Sequence record: PP989838.1
Source: Escherichia phage VTCCBPA_211
Strand: one strand, 5' to 3'
Length of the DNA: 64,000 nucleotides
Every line of letters starts with the position of its first letter. The stretch's first letter is position 1. This document shows, in pieces, positions 44,666-55,880 of this stretch. The notes beneath the pieces are model-generated. The model did not search any database. It saw only the letters and a program-made list of their open reading frames with translations, and was not told where the DNA came from. Both the position numbers and the translations under genes were made by a program.

Positions 44666-47600
44666 TCACTCCTTAGGTCGAACTCTTACACGGAGTCTCG
44701 ATTGACGCTTACTGCGTTCAAGCTTCTCTGACAATGAGCCACGTTTAATCTTCGGCTTCCCTTCGTCATTAAACTTCTCCAAGAACTTCAAGTACTCAGT
44801 ACGATTCGTTGTCTTGTAAGAAGGAATCTTAACATCAGGGTTCTCTTCGATTACACGTCTCATCTTCGCTACATCATCCCTACCAAGCAACTTACTCTTA
44901 GCCTGTTCAGCTGTAGAACCAAAGATCTTCTCCAGTGCCCTAGATTTGTTACCACCTGCGGAAGAAGCACCAAGTTTAGCAATGGCAGAGTAATCATCAG
45001 CACTAAACCAAGCTACTGGATTATCACCATACTTCTTCTTGTTTTCAGCAGCAGTCTGCAATGCACGCACAAAGCGACGGTTGTTACCAGCCTTATCTGC
45101 ACCATGAACCCTGTCTAAAACTTCAGCCACACTAGCCAACTCATCCAAGCTCTTCCCACTCAAGAAAGCTTTCTCTACTTTATCAGCAAAGACCTCTTCT
45201 TGTTGTTTAATGCTTTCCAAGATATCAGAATTTGCTTGAGATTTTTCATCATCAGGCAGAGCAGAACGAATCTTCTCCATCTCCAACTCTTCCTCTTGCA
45301 GTTTCTTAATATCAGAGTCAACCTTCTGAGCCTCCTCAACAGCCTTCCTAGTATCCGAATCCAAGTTATCAAGCTTACCTTCAGTATTTCCAGTAACCTT
45401 AACAATCTCTTTCTCGATAGGAGTCATTGATTCGTACTTCTTAGCGAACTTCTCAACATCAGCTTCGATACGAGAGCGAGCATTCTGATGTTCAGTCGGA
45501 GTCATAGGCTTCTCAAGAAGTGCATAACGGTTATCCATATAGGAACCAGCAAACGCTTCAGCATCCTCTCTAGATATGCCCTTATCTTCCATAGTACGCA
45601 TCAGGCGGCGATGAATGTCATCACGTTGACGTTGTACTGCCATAAGGTCATTCTCACGCTCTTGGGCCGCTTTAAGCTCTTCACTGCGCTTAACTCTCTT
45701 GTCCACATCAAACTTACGGTTCATCTCTTCCGCTTGCTCATACATCTTGTTCCACTTAGCCTGACGAGCATCTTCCTCTGCATCAGTTAAACGACGCTGA
45801 CGATCAAGGTAATCTGACTCGGCGTTGTGGATACGTTCAATATAACTACGGAACTTCTCTGGAGGAACTGGAGAGTTCTTATCGTGGTGAGCAGCCAACT
45901 GTTTCAGTGTACGAGATTCCTGAGCCTTACGAACAGGTTTAGGTAAACCTTCCATCATCTTCTCAATCTCACTCTTCTGAGCTGCAATAGCCTCTAGAGT
46001 TTTACGTTCATTCTCAACAGCAGCTTTAGCATCCGAACGAGCCTGAGCCTTTTTCCTGAGTGTAGCAAGACGTTCTTCACGAGCCTGTAAATGCTTAGCA
46101 GCAGCTTCGTACTGAGAGTTCTTGTTAGCTTTGTTGAAGGCATTCACTTCTCTGTTATAGGTGTTAATAAACCCATCCCAAATATCCTTCATCTGACCAA
46201 CTTCCAAAGCCTCTTCCCTACCAGCCTTCTCTGAAGATTTAAACTTTCCATCTACAAAGTCATTCATCAATTTACGCATAGCGTCTTTCTGAGCAGGACG
46301 TAAAGGTTCTGCATCAATCAAAGTATCAATCTCAGACTGAAGCTCTTTCTTCTGGTCAACCAGCTTAGGAGCATTCTTGTTATCGAAAGCTTTATTCTCT
46401 TCTAGAGCTTGTTGGTACAGTCTATCAAACTCATCTTCACGCTGCTTCTGATACAACCTTTCAGCACGACGTTTCAGACTATCCAAGTTAGTTACGTTCC
46501 CACCTAAACCTTTCTCTTCAGCACGTAATGCCTTAGTAGCAATGTCTTCTGGCAGACCACGTTCTTTAACCCATTCAGCAAAGTTAGTTCGTACAGTGTT
46601 GTTCTTAGCAGTAGCAATACCTTGCTGAGAAGCCAGCTGGTTACGAGCCATCTCTTCATGACGTTCAGTGTTGATAGCATTATCTTCCCGACGAATACGC
46701 CGCATCAACTCCAAAGGGTCTCCCTTGTAAGCCAAGAAGTTTTCAGCAGTAGCTTTAGCTTTAGCAGCCTTAGAGTATAAAGATTTAGCAAAACGTGTTG
46801 CACGATCTTTAGCAACTTGACGAGCAGTGCTTGACATAGCAGCTAGGAATTCTACACCACTTTCCGGTTTAACATCCTGTACAGCTTCCTGAGGAGCTTT
46901 AGGGGAACGGGTAGGTAATGGATCAGCTTGTCTTAGAGAACTAGCTTTGACCATATCATTTGAGTCAACCAAATTATGGTTACGCAAAAACTGTTGCTCA
47001 GCCGGGGTGAACTGATTTAGGCGAAGGGCAATGTTGCCATTTAAATCTTGAGAAAGTATCCCATCTTCAGCATAGTGAGAGAGAGATTCTTTAGTAACAG
47101 AAGATGCATCCTCTGATGAAGCCTTTTGGCCCTCTTCTTGAGCACGTTGCTGCTCTGTTGCACGGCGCTCCTCTAAAGGATTACGAGCAGGAAGAGGTTC
47201 AGCCTGTGGAGCTTGTTCAACAGGAGCTTCTTGAGCAGCCAATGCCTCTTCTTCAGCGCGACGCTGTTCAGCCTGACGGATAGCACGTCTTTGAGCAACT
47301 AAATCACGAGCCGTAAGAGGGGCTTCTTGAGGAGCAGAAGAAGGAAGATTTTCTTCCGTCACAGTACTAGAAGAAGGCTCCCGAACCGGTTCGGTTTCCA
47401 CGTCATTTTGCGTCTTAAAATTAATGTCATCAACAGCTGGTTCTTCTTCCATCTTAGTGCGAGCTTCATCAGCAGCGGATTTAGCACGAGCAACTTCCAA
47501 ATCACCACGAGCTAGAGAGCGGATAGCTTCACTGTTAGATTCTTGTTGCTTAACACGTTGAGAGCGAGCACGCTGAGAAGAGAAGCGATTCAGAGCATAT

Positions 47601-49246
47601 TTAGCAGCACCAAGAGTGTTCATTACCAGACTAGGTGAAGAAGCCTCACGGAAGCCATCATCAGTCAGGGAAGTCCAGCCACGATCTTGGTTGCTCATGA
47701 ATTTAGCTGTATTGTTCAGAGTGTAAGCATCTTGGATAGGATTAAAACCTTCAGGCATACCTTTCAGTTTCTTCAACCCACCAATAGCTTTCTTCATCTC
47801 TGGAGAAACATTATCAGCCATCTTCTGTAGTTCAGCAGCTTTCTCTACAAAGTTATTAAAGTCTTCACCATCACGAGCTTTGAATCGATTTGCTTCATTA
47901 TAGAAAGTCTTGTAAGCATCAATGAAATCACGGTCAGCTTGTGTGCGATTCTTAACGTCAAGTGGACTACCGGTGAAGTGCCCAGATGCTCTAAGAGAAG
48001 TTAATTCACGATCTAGGTTGTCTAGAACATCTGTAAGGGCTTTCGTGTTGTCTTTGGTGTAATCAGCCATTGCATCCTTCATAGCAACAGCCTGCTTCTG
48101 GTTGTGCTCGTTATCAGCGAATGCTTTACCACGAGTCTTAGCAGGAGAAGCTAAAGGGTTGAGGCCCGGAATGTTGGAATGTTCTTTCTGAACGGAAGCA
48201 GCTTTCTCAGCACGAGCTTGGTCAGTATTAAGAATACGCTGAGCAGCAGGAGAATCTACAGCAACAGCATCTGTAATACGGAATCCATTCTCATCTAGAA
48301 GGTTCAGAGCAGAAGCAGCGTTAGCAGTTTCAGCTTTAGAGTAAGCCTCTTTCAGCTCATCAATATTCTTAGCACTACGAATCAGTTCATCATCAGCAGC
48401 AATATCAGTCTTCGCATACTCTGGAGTGTTCCTGAAGACAGCAGAATCCGGACGGCTAATCAAACCATGAACCCCACCAACTGCACCACCAAATGCAGCA
48501 CCCATAGCTCCTTCTTCGATAACACCTTCCAATGTCTTAGCTAGATCATTGTCATCACCATACTTGTTCTGCGCTTCAGCAGCACCTATAAGAGCTCCGC
48601 CCTTAGCACCAGCCACTGCGTTAGTAGCAACGTTCTGACCAATACGTCCAAGTGTGGACTCAGCTGTACCAACAGCACCCGGAAGGATTCTCATAGCCGC
48701 GTAGTTAGCACCACCAACTAAAGCTGCATCTAGAATAGACTTATCTTCTCCCTCTTCAGGGGTTTGGTCTGCATACGCACGACCTGTCTCACGACCTGCG
48801 ATGATAGCAGCAGCCGCCAATGGGTTAGCAACAGTCATGCCGATATCACCAGCAACGCCAGCATACTGACCAACAGTTTTACCAATCCCATCCTCAATCT
48901 TATCCATACGTTCTTTCAGAAGGTTCTGAGAGTTCTCTTGGATACGCTTACCATAACTAGTTTGTGCTCCAGCTAGATTCTCACCAATCTCAACTAAACC
49001 ACCAATACCTTTAGCAGCACTAGCTGCGATGTTTGCACCACCAGATTGAAGAGCATTTGACACACCTTGAGCAAACTCACCTATAGCACCACGTTCTTCT
49101 TGTTGTGGTTGTGCTGCTGGTTGTTCCTCAGGAATAGAGCCACCTGCTGCCTTATATTGTTCTCTCATTTGAGCCTGCTGCTCTGGAGAGGCATTCAGAT
49201 ACGCAGGAGCTTTGGAAGCTTCTTCCCACGGTTTAATGTTAGCCAT
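44666..49246 (-). CDS. large virion protein (internal/ejection or tape-measure-like), 1526 aa from ATG 49246
   Basis: Gly/Ala-rich N-terminal third then long coiled-coil-like region; SD aaggag before ATG 49246-49244. Confidence 0.7.
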   Translation of the reverse strand: MANIKPWEEASKAPAYLNASPEQQAQMREQYKAAGGSIPEEQPAAQPQQEERGAIGEFAQGVSNALQSGGANIAASAAKGIGGLVEIGENLAGAQTSYGKRIQENSQNLLKERMDKIEDGIGKTVGQYAGVAGDIGMTVANPLAAAAIIAGRETGRAYADQTPEEGEDKSILDAALVGGANYAAMRILPGAVGTAESTLGRIGQNVATNAVAGAKGGALIGAAEAQNKYGDDNDLAKTLEGVIEEGAMGAAFGGAVGGVHGLISRPDSAVFRNTPEYAKTDIAADDELIRSAKNIDELKEAYSKAETANAASALNLLDENGFRITDAVAVDSPAAQRILNTDQARAEKAASVQKEHSNIPGLNPLASPAKTRGKAFADNEHNQKQAVAMKDAMADYTKDNTKALTDVLDNLDRELTSLRASGHFTGSPLDVKNRTQADRDFIDAYKTFYNEANRFKARDGEDFNNFVEKAAELQKMADNVSPEMKKAIGGLKKLKGMPEGFNPIQDAYTLNNTAKFMSNQDRGWTSLTDDGFREASSPSLVMNTLGAAKYALNRFSSQRARSQRVKQQESNSEAIRSLARGDLEVARAKSAADEARTKMEEEPAVDDINFKTQNDVETEPVREPSSSTVTEENLPSSAPQEAPLTARDLVAQRRAIRQAEQRRAEEEALAAQEAPVEQAPQAEPLPARNPLEERRATEQQRAQEEGQKASSEDASSVTKESLSHYAEDGILSQDLNGNIALRLNQFTPAEQQFLRNHNLVDSNDMVKASSLRQADPLPTRSPKAPQEAVQDVKPESGVEFLAAMSSTARQVAKDRATRFAKSLYSKAAKAKATAENFLAYKGDPLELMRRIRREDNAINTERHEEMARNQLASQQGIATAKNNTVRTNFAEWVKERGLPEDIATKALRAEEKGLGGNVTNLDSLKRRAERLYQKQREDEFDRLYQQALEENKAFDNKNAPKLVDQKKELQSEIDTLIDAEPLRPAQKDAMRKLMNDFVDGKFKSSEKAGREEALEVGQMKDIWDGFINTYNREVNAFNKANKNSQYEAAAKHLQAREERLATLRKKAQARSDAKAAVENERKTLEAIAAQKSEIEKMMEGLPKPVRKAQESRTLKQLAAHHDKNSPVPPEKFRSYIERIHNAESDYLDRQRRLTDAEEDARQAKWNKMYEQAEEMNRKFDVDKRVKRSEELKAAQERENDLMAVQRQRDDIHRRLMRTMEDKGISREDAEAFAGSYMDNRYALLEKPMTPTEHQNARSRIEADVEKFAKKYESMTPIEKEIVKVTGNTEGKLDNLDSDTRKAVEEAQKVDSDIKKLQEEELEMEKIRSALPDDEKSQANSDILESIKQQEEVFADKVEKAFLSGKSLDELASVAEVLDRVHGADKAGNNRRFVRALQTAAENKKKYGDNPVAWFSADDYSAIAKLGASSAGGNKSRALEKIFGSTAEQAKSKLLGRDDVAKMRRVIEENPDVKIPSYKTTNRTEYLKFLEKFNDEGKPKIKRGSLSEKLERSKRQSRLRVRVRPKE

Positions 49247-49284
49247 AACGTCTCCTTTTATAAATAAAAATGTCCTACCCCCTA

Positions 49285-49293
49285 TATACATTA
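49285..49293 (-). promoter_or_regulatory. TAATGTATA motif upstream of large virion gene
   Basis: - strand TAATGTATA about 39 nt upstream of ATG 49246. Confidence 0.4.
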
Positions 49294-49313
49294 TAGAAGG
49301 CAGGACTTAGGTC

Positions 49314-50993
49314 TTATTGAGTGAACCAGCTAGTATCTGAAGAATCGGATAAAGCACCACCCTTCAATTTAGGAGGCTTGTCATCAGGGAATGTTTTATC
49401 ATGAACTTTACTGTGTCCACGAGACCATTCTTTAAACTCTTCAGTAGTGAGTCGAACAGAGCCAGGAGCAAAAATAGAGTTAGCAGCTCTGATAGCATTT
49501 TCAGGAGCCAAACCACTGTCAAGAATCAAAGATTCCACTAGAGGGGCTACTTGGTATTTAGTTGCCTCTTTATCAATTTCTTGAATCTCTGTACCAAGTG
49601 CTTTAAGCCACTTAATGTTTGCTTCGGTTGGGCCTTGACCTGCCATCATCTGAATCTTGTTCAACTTGTTGTTAACCCAATCTGGATCACCTGTAAGCTC
49701 ATTCATAACTTCTCCGTTAATAGAAGCTAAACCACCCTGAATAAGTTTAGTCAAGTTCTCAATAGCAGCACGTTGCTGAGCTGAGTTCTCTTGAGAGTTT
49801 GCACCAGTTCCTAGTTTAGAAATAGCAGCTTCTGTAGGAGCCATCCACTTGTTTCGAGAAGCTAGGACATTAATAACAGGACGATAAGATTGCTGTAGCT
49901 TATCTCGTAAGTTAGGGGTAATACCACCAAGCTCCTCTGTTTTTTCCCACTTGGGAGATGTTCTACGAACATTGTGTTCCTTCTTGAACAAAAGGTTGTC
50001 ACGAACAATCTCACCACGAGCTTCTGCCAGAGCTAATTGGTTTTCCAAAGTAGCCTTACGATTTCTCTCAGCAGATTCTTCACTGATAGCTTGACGTCTA
50101 TCCCACTCAGCATTCTGACGTCTTTCACGCTCAGCGTATAAAGCTTCCTGTTGAAGAGGGTCTTTAGCTCTCATCTTCAGAAGAGAAGGGTCTCCGCTTG
50201 CGATAGCAGCAGCAATGGAGTCTTGAGAGAAACCTTGTTCAACCAATGCATCACGGTTAGCTTCTAGTTGTTTCTTAGTCTCATCTTGGTTAGCCATACC
50301 TTGACCAATTTGGAAAGCTTCAATTGGAGACTTACCTGACATGATTGAAAGACCTACACCCATTAAGCCTGTGTAGAAACTAGAGTTCTGATAGAACGGC
50401 TCTTTCTGTAACTTATTCCAAGCCTCTGAAGGGTCTTTAGCTTTTGCAATCTGCATGATATCAGAGTTAACACGTTCTTGATCTTTTGCACGAGTAGCCC
50501 CAGCCATGCCTTCACTAGTGTCCTGACTTTGAGCAAGAGTGGTAACAACACCTTGTGCCTGCTCTACTTGAGAAGGAGTAAACTCTGTAGGACCATCTTC
50601 GAGAGGCTTAGTCGGAGGCGTCACCGGAAGAGGGTCGCTAGGCATAAGTCCCGCATCTTGTAAACCTTGATCAGTGGATAGGTTAGGATTAGCTGCTACA
50701 GGAGCTGGTTCCCCAACATCAATGCCCTGAAGGCTTGTTGGAGTTCCTCGATTCTGTTGTTCCATAAGACGTTGCTGGAATCCCGGATTCACCATAGCAT
50801 TCTGATCTTCTTCTGCCTGAGAGACAAGGCCAGCAAGAGATGAAGGTACAGCAGGACGTTGGTACATAGAAACATCTGATGTCTGAATAGGTCTAGCCAT
50901 ATAAGGAGAGGCCGAAGCCGCTCCCGGATTAACACCATAGAAAGTATTTCTCGGGTCACGACTCCTGACCTGAGCGTAAGTTGTCTGTTGCAT
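49314..50993 (-). CDS. virion-associated protein, Q/P/A-rich
   Basis: SD aggag before ATG 50993; part of contiguous - strand block. Confidence 0.65.
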   Translation of the reverse strand: MQQTTYAQVRSRDPRNTFYGVNPGAASASPYMARPIQTSDVSMYQRPAVPSSLAGLVSQAEEDQNAMVNPGFQQRLMEQQNRGTPTSLQGIDVGEPAPVAANPNLSTDQGLQDAGLMPSDPLPVTPPTKPLEDGPTEFTPSQVEQAQGVVTTLAQSQDTSEGMAGATRAKDQERVNSDIMQIAKAKDPSEAWNKLQKEPFYQNSSFYTGLMGVGLSIMSGKSPIEAFQIGQGMANQDETKKQLEANRDALVEQGFSQDSIAAAIASGDPSLLKMRAKDPLQQEALYAERERRQNAEWDRRQAISEESAERNRKATLENQLALAEARGEIVRDNLLFKKEHNVRRTSPKWEKTEELGGITPNLRDKLQQSYRPVINVLASRNKWMAPTEAAISKLGTGANSQENSAQQRAAIENLTKLIQGGLASINGEVMNELTGDPDWVNNKLNKIQMMAGQGPTEANIKWLKALGTEIQEIDKEATKYQVAPLVESLILDSGLAPENAIRAANSIFAPGSVRLTTEEFKEWSRGHSKVHDKTFPDDKPPKLKGGALSDSSDTSWFTQ

Positions 50994-51006
50994 ATTTATC
51001 TCCTAA

Positions 51007-51975
51007 TTAAGAACTAGCCATCCCGCCAATCACCCCTCCAGCCAAAGCACCCCAAGGACCAAAGGAAGAGCCAGCTGCTGCACCACTCATAGCTCCACCA
51101 AGGAAACCACCACTCCCACCAGATGTTTTAGTAGTTGTAGTTTGTCCGAGAGCACCGTTAAGTACACCTGCTGCACCGAGTTGGTTGTTGATATCTTGCC
51201 ATCCCCAATTAGCTGCGTTCTGAGCATTCTGGTAGGCATTATCATATTCATTCTGTTGTTGCTGTTGTTGCTGCAACCCAGCCTTCCATTGGTTTAATAT
51301 TTGCTGTTGAGATAAATCAGCACCTTGTTGACCTAAGTTGGAAAGGTTAGAACCGATAGTAGAAAGACCTGATAGAGCAGCTGCCTGATTCTGTCTATTA
51401 CCAGATAGGATGCTTTCAGCTTGACTGATAGCTGAGTTATAGGCACTGTTGGTAATATCTGTTGCTTGACTTTGCATCTGATTCAGAGCATCGCCTTGGG
51501 CAAAAGATTTAGCCATACGAGCACCTGAACCTTGTTGACCGGCAAACTGTTGAGCCAACTGAGGAAGAGCATTACGTGCCAAGTTCTGTTGAACCTGTTC
51601 ATTATTAGCTGTAATGGCTGCTTGCACAGCGTCATCATCATACAGTTGACCAGCGAGAGCACCAATCTGTTCTCCAGTAATCCCACCTTGTCCAGAGAGG
51701 CTCTGATAGCCTTTATAGGCATTATCTAGATAACCCAAGCCTTGACCTGCTGCATCCATGTATTGCTGTGAGAGAGTGCCTAGAGCGCCAGATTGTGCTA
51801 GGTTATTAAGTGCCTCTGTCTGATTGTTATTAAACCCTACATTATCTCGATAAACATAATCCCCTGAACTAGTATTGCCAATTTGCTTGTTAAGCTGGTC
51901 GATATACTGTTGAATGTATTCAGGGCGAATCATTTGGGAAGTAGTTTTACTACCTCCGCCTCCGAATAAAGCCAT
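51007..51975 (-). CDS. Gly/Gln/Ala-rich low-complexity virion protein
   Basis: ORF; low-complexity composition. Confidence 0.65.
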   Translation of the reverse strand: MALFGGGGSKTTSQMIRPEYIQQYIDQLNKQIGNTSSGDYVYRDNVGFNNNQTEALNNLAQSGALGTLSQQYMDAAGQGLGYLDNAYKGYQSLSGQGGITGEQIGALAGQLYDDDAVQAAITANNEQVQQNLARNALPQLAQQFAGQQGSGARMAKSFAQGDALNQMQSQATDITNSAYNSAISQAESILSGNRQNQAAALSGLSTIGSNLSNLGQQGADLSQQQILNQWKAGLQQQQQQQNEYDNAYQNAQNAANWGWQDINNQLGAAGVLNGALGQTTTTKTSGGSGGFLGGAMSGAAAGSSFGPWGALAGGVIGGMASS

Positions 51976-51987
51976 ATTAAATCTCCT

Positions 51988-53040
51988 TTAGTTTGCTCCG
52001 AATGCCCCTAAGACACCGCCTAAGATATTATTACCCGTTGTGGATAACCAGTTAGACTGACCTCTCTGTTGAGAAAGATTAGAACCTCCAATCATAGGTC
52101 CAGCCATTCCAGATTGCCCACCTGAGTTGTTATAGGAACTCCAAGCATTCTGAGTCTGTTGATTAGGAGAGAAAGCACCCATACGACCTGCAATACCTAA
52201 CCCAGTGATACCAGCACCGAGAATCTGCTGCCCTGTGTTAATGCCCGGAGCGGCATTCTTAATTGTGTACCCAGCCATCGGGCTTACACTGTTTAATACA
52301 TTAAGTTGGTTGTTAAGCTGATTCCACCCATACTGTTGAGAGCCAATAGCGTTCTGCCAATTAATATCAGCTTGAGCCTGAGCTTGTTGCTGTTGTAGAT
52401 TACCAGCCATGAGTTGATTCTGGATAGCTTGTTGAGTTGCCTGAACACCTTGAGCACCAAGATTGAGATTCTGTCCAGCCAATCCTGACTGAGCACCAAG
52501 TAACCCTCTCTGGAAGTTTTGGTCTTGTTGAAGAGCGTTGATTCCCATATTCTTGCCGCTAATAGTACGAGCTAAGTTTGTATTAGCACTATTCAGAGCA
52601 GCACCTTGAGCAGCAGCTCTACGGAGAGAACCTGAATCAGAACCATTTCCGAGAGACACGTTGGAAGCTGCCTTACTAGTAGCTTGGGCAAGAGCTGAGC
52701 TATTCAAACCTTTACTAAAGTTATTAACCCCTTCAGCCGTTACTCCACCACCATTGACAATATTTTGATACTGCTGTGCAAGAGAGTTTAATTGGTCCAA
52801 CCCTTGCTGTGTACGTGGTGTATACATATCAGCCAATTGCTTTTGAGTAGTAGAAGCTGCTAAGTTGTTCAGAGCACCTTGTTGGTTGCCATTAAACCCA
52901 GCCAGCTGTTGGGAGATGAATCCCGGATCGTTGTTCTGCATATTCTGAGCATTAGCAACAATCTGCTTCAGCAGGGCATCAACCTGAGAGGAAGGAGCCA
53001 CTGTGGTTTTGCTAGAAGCCGATTTTCCAAATAAAGACAT
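51988..53040 (-). CDS. Gln/Asn/Gly-rich low-complexity virion protein
   Basis: ORF; compositional similarity to neighbour. Confidence 0.65.
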   Translation of the reverse strand: MSLFGKSASSKTTVAPSSQVDALLKQIVANAQNMQNNDPGFISQQLAGFNGNQQGALNNLAASTTQKQLADMYTPRTQQGLDQLNSLAQQYQNIVNGGGVTAEGVNNFSKGLNSSALAQATSKAASNVSLGNGSDSGSLRRAAAQGAALNSANTNLARTISGKNMGINALQQDQNFQRGLLGAQSGLAGQNLNLGAQGVQATQQAIQNQLMAGNLQQQQAQAQADINWQNAIGSQQYGWNQLNNQLNVLNSVSPMAGYTIKNAAPGINTGQQILGAGITGLGIAGRMGAFSPNQQTQNAWSSYNNSGGQSGMAGPMIGGSNLSQQRGQSNWLSTTGNNILGGVLGAFGAN

Positions 53041-53059
53041 AAGTCCTCCTTAATGACTA

Positions 53060-53842
53060 TTACTTAACACCAATGCTAGCCAAACGTCTAAGCACTGCTT
53101 GTGTTTGTGGACTGTACTGAGAACCTGCCGCATGTGGTGCACTTGCTCTCTGAACTGTTTGAGAAGTAGGAGGTTTACCAGCAAGCATAGCAGCTACTCC
53201 TAATACTGCATTACCAAAGTTCTGTTGGGGCTTCTGGTCTTCACCTTCCTGCACTTCATCAGAGTAAAATTCTACTGGATTTCCACCTAAAGCGCCTGTC
53301 TTAGAAGCAGCAATCTCTGCCTGAGTTGGAGCTTGTGCGGCCTTCTCTCTATCTAGCAAGTCAGGGCTAAATTGATTGGCTGGTTGAACAGCTTGTAAAG
53401 CCCCTACAGGGTTAGCAATCTGAGAAGCTGCATCACCATAGAAAGGAAGAAAGTGTTTATTGTTCATGGAGTCAAGAGCCTGAGGGGTAAACCCTTTCTT
53501 ACCAGCGAACATCTGCTTAGCACCACCAGTTCCCTCTGAGTAGCCAACCATTGCCTTCTTAACATCGCCATTAAAAGCTTTCAGGTTGTCTCTGATGTAA
53601 CGAGCACCCATATCGATATTCTTGGCTGGGTCAAGCCTATCTTCTAACTTGTAACCATAATCTTTAGCTAACCCTTTACTGATCTGCATCAAACCAACAG
53701 GACCAGTTCCGGAAGCCACCTTAGGACGACCACTAGACTCCCTTTGAATTACAGCATGAATCAAAGCAGCTGGAATACCATACTTCTTTGAAGCCTGTTG
53801 AACCATCGGGTCTAGTTCTTCTATACCCATTCTAATTGCCAT
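53060..53842 (-). CDS. lytic transglycosylase (SLT domain), likely virion-associated
   Basis: QRESSG...GLMQI signature near N-terminus. Confidence 0.75.
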   Translation of the reverse strand: MAIRMGIEELDPMVQQASKKYGIPAALIHAVIQRESSGRPKVASGTGPVGLMQISKGLAKDYGYKLEDRLDPAKNIDMGARYIRDNLKAFNGDVKKAMVGYSEGTGGAKQMFAGKKGFTPQALDSMNNKHFLPFYGDAASQIANPVGALQAVQPANQFSPDLLDREKAAQAPTQAEIAASKTGALGGNPVEFYSDEVQEGEDQKPQQNFGNAVLGVAAMLAGKPPTSQTVQRASAPHAAGSQYSPQTQAVLRRLASIGVK

Positions 53843-53851
53843 AAGTTCTCC

Positions 53852-54886
53852 TTATTGTATGCTTCTAAAAATTTTCCTAGCATCTAGGACTGGAACCTGA
53901 AGGGAGATAGCCCCACCACCACCCATATCGTAGTTTCTATCCCACTGGAACATATATCGACCATACCCTGTACCAAAAGAAGAGCCGTTCATCGTATGAG
54001 ATCTAGCATGTTGGAAATACCAACTCCCCGCCTGACCTCTAATAGAACCTGCTCCGTTTGTCAGAGGTATCATAGGATATGTAAGTCCAGTATTCCCTCC
54101 ACTCATAGCCATAAAACGATCAACCATAAAAGGTGTTCTGTAAGTAGAAAATACACACTGAGAACCATTAGGTGAATATATGTTTAATCCACCATTGTGA
54201 GTAGGAACACCAGCCCCATTACAGAACACTGCAACTCTCACATTATTGATTGTTCCTGTTTGGTTGTTGTTTCCGTTATTGTAGGTTCTGTTTTGGTAAA
54301 CCCTGATATTACGACTCCCAGCATCATAGAGTAAACCTTGTCCTCCAGACCAGTTAGCAAATACGGAAGCTCTAGACATATCAAAACCACTGATTGCTGG
54401 TATTTTCATAGAGCCATTAATATTTCCTTCCCAAGCCCAAATACATTGACCAACAACTCCAGCATCTGATATAGAGAAGTAATCAGCTGTGTTTGAAAAT
54501 GTTATCCCGTAGTTTCTATTAGCTCTGGGCCATATTTGATATACATTGAAAGCCACGTCAAACAATGGGTTACTTCCCGGATTCATATTTAAACTAACCC
54601 TGAAAGTCGAGTTATTAATGATGCTGATGTTATTCACAACATACACATCAGGGACAAGGTTAGGAGGAACCTCCCATTGCCAACACAGAGAGCCAGTAGG
54701 GACTACAACTATTTGACCTGAGCCATTCCATCCAGAAATAGGGAAATCCCTACTTCCTCCGTTAAAGTTATAATTACCGCTTACTCTGTTCTTAAATTGA
54801 GGGAAAGTAGAACCACTGTCAATAAAAAGCTCAGCCGGAGAAGCTGGTCCCGGCCCGGCTGGCGTTGTCCATATTCCATATGCCAT
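53852..54886 (-). CDS. tail-associated protein, unknown function
   Basis: ORF in tail module. Confidence 0.55.
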   Translation of the reverse strand: MAYGIWTTPAGPGPASPAELFIDSGSTFPQFKNRVSGNYNFNGGSRDFPISGWNGSGQIVVVPTGSLCWQWEVPPNLVPDVYVVNNISIINNSTFRVSLNMNPGSNPLFDVAFNVYQIWPRANRNYGITFSNTADYFSISDAGVVGQCIWAWEGNINGSMKIPAISGFDMSRASVFANWSGGQGLLYDAGSRNIRVYQNRTYNNGNNNQTGTINNVRVAVFCNGAGVPTHNGGLNIYSPNGSQCVFSTYRTPFMVDRFMAMSGGNTGLTYPMIPLTNGAGSIRGQAGSWYFQHARSHTMNGSSFGTGYGRYMFQWDRNYDMGGGGAISLQVPVLDARKIFRSIQ

Positions 54887-54887
54887 A

Positions 54888-55859
54888 TTACCAAGTCCCT
54901 ATTCTAATACGAAGCGTACCACTTCCATCATAGAAGTCTATACGGCTACCATTCATCCACAACCGGTTACTACCAGAACCAGCCCCTAATTGGAAATCAC
55001 CACCAACAGTCAGTCTCCAGTTTGTACCACTCATGGCCCCTGCTGTAATCTTATTAGCTGATAGGCTTACAATCTGAGCATTCTGTATTGATACATTATC
55101 AATCTGTGCCCATTGAATCCTAGCATTAGCAATCATAGCAGTTGTGATATTGACATTCTTTATGTCAGCGAACTCCATTCTAGCTCTTCCATTCTCAAAT
55201 ACAAAAGGGGTATTCCCTGTCGTACCATTACCTACGATGAACTTGTTAGCTGTTACTTGGAATTGGCTGTTTGTTCCATTGTTAGTTAACTTGACCCCAG
55301 CATATCTTCCGTTGACTGTAGAGTTAACACCCCACGTAGCTTCATACTCAGAAAGCTTCATATATTGAGAGAGGCTTCCATTAATATTTTGAATCTCTGT
55401 CTGAACTAAAGCAATCTCTTGACCTTGGTCGTTGACAATACCTTCTACCGTTTGAATCTTAGTTGTGTTACCTTCAATACTTGTTTTAAAGCCAGATACA
55501 GTGCTTTCTAATTTTACAGGAGGTTGAACAGAATTATCCCAAATATCTTCAGTGGAGAGATTCCCCATCTGTGTTATAATATCTGCGATAGCTGTTTCAA
55601 TCTCTGTGGTAATTCTGTTCTCAAGCTCATCAAATTGTAGATTCATCGCATGAAGAGCTTTGATACGAACATCAATCTCATCGTGAATCTCATCAATAGC
55701 TTGGAACATTTGGTTAGTAGCTGTACTGACTTTCTGTAGCTCGTCATATACGGCTACGTTATATGTTTCTGTGTCCTGTACATTATTGAGAAACCCAACG
55801 TTGTACGGGAGTGTGGTGTTATTACGACCAGTGTTCTTACGAAAACCACCTGCACCCAT
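54888..55859 (-). CDS. tail fiber-like protein (start at ATG 55859)
   Basis: SD ggagg before ATG 55859-55857; track N-terminal extension overlaps upstream gene and a hairpin. Confidence 0.55.
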   Translation of the reverse strand: MGAGGFRKNTGRNNTTLPYNVGFLNNVQDTETYNVAVYDELQKVSTATNQMFQAIDEIHDEIDVRIKALHAMNLQFDELENRITTEIETAIADIITQMGNLSTEDIWDNSVQPPVKLESTVSGFKTSIEGNTTKIQTVEGIVNDQGQEIALVQTEIQNINGSLSQYMKLSEYEATWGVNSTVNGRYAGVKLTNNGTNSQFQVTANKFIVGNGTTGNTPFVFENGRARMEFADIKNVNITTAMIANARIQWAQIDNVSIQNAQIVSLSANKITAGAMSGTNWRLTVGGDFQLGAGSGSNRLWMNGSRIDFYDGSGTLRIRIGTW

Positions 55860-55880
55860 AAGTTCCTCCAAAACAATAAA

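Noticed and set aside
44666-49246. Calling the 1526-aa protein a siphovirus tape measure protein
   Set aside because: No tail tube, sheath or baseplate genes are evident and the neighbours look like podovirus-type internal proteins; labelled ambiguously.
45175-49267. Several + strand ORFs (45175-45405, 45200-45430, 45488-45790, 47327-47515, 48764-48976, 49067-49267) inside the large - strand gene
   Set aside because: Antisense shadow ORFs within a long well-supported - strand coding region.
49247-49291. Track start codon of the large - strand ORF at 49291
   Set aside because: That ATG lies inside the TAATGTATA motif with no SD; ATG 49246 has a perfect aaggag SD.
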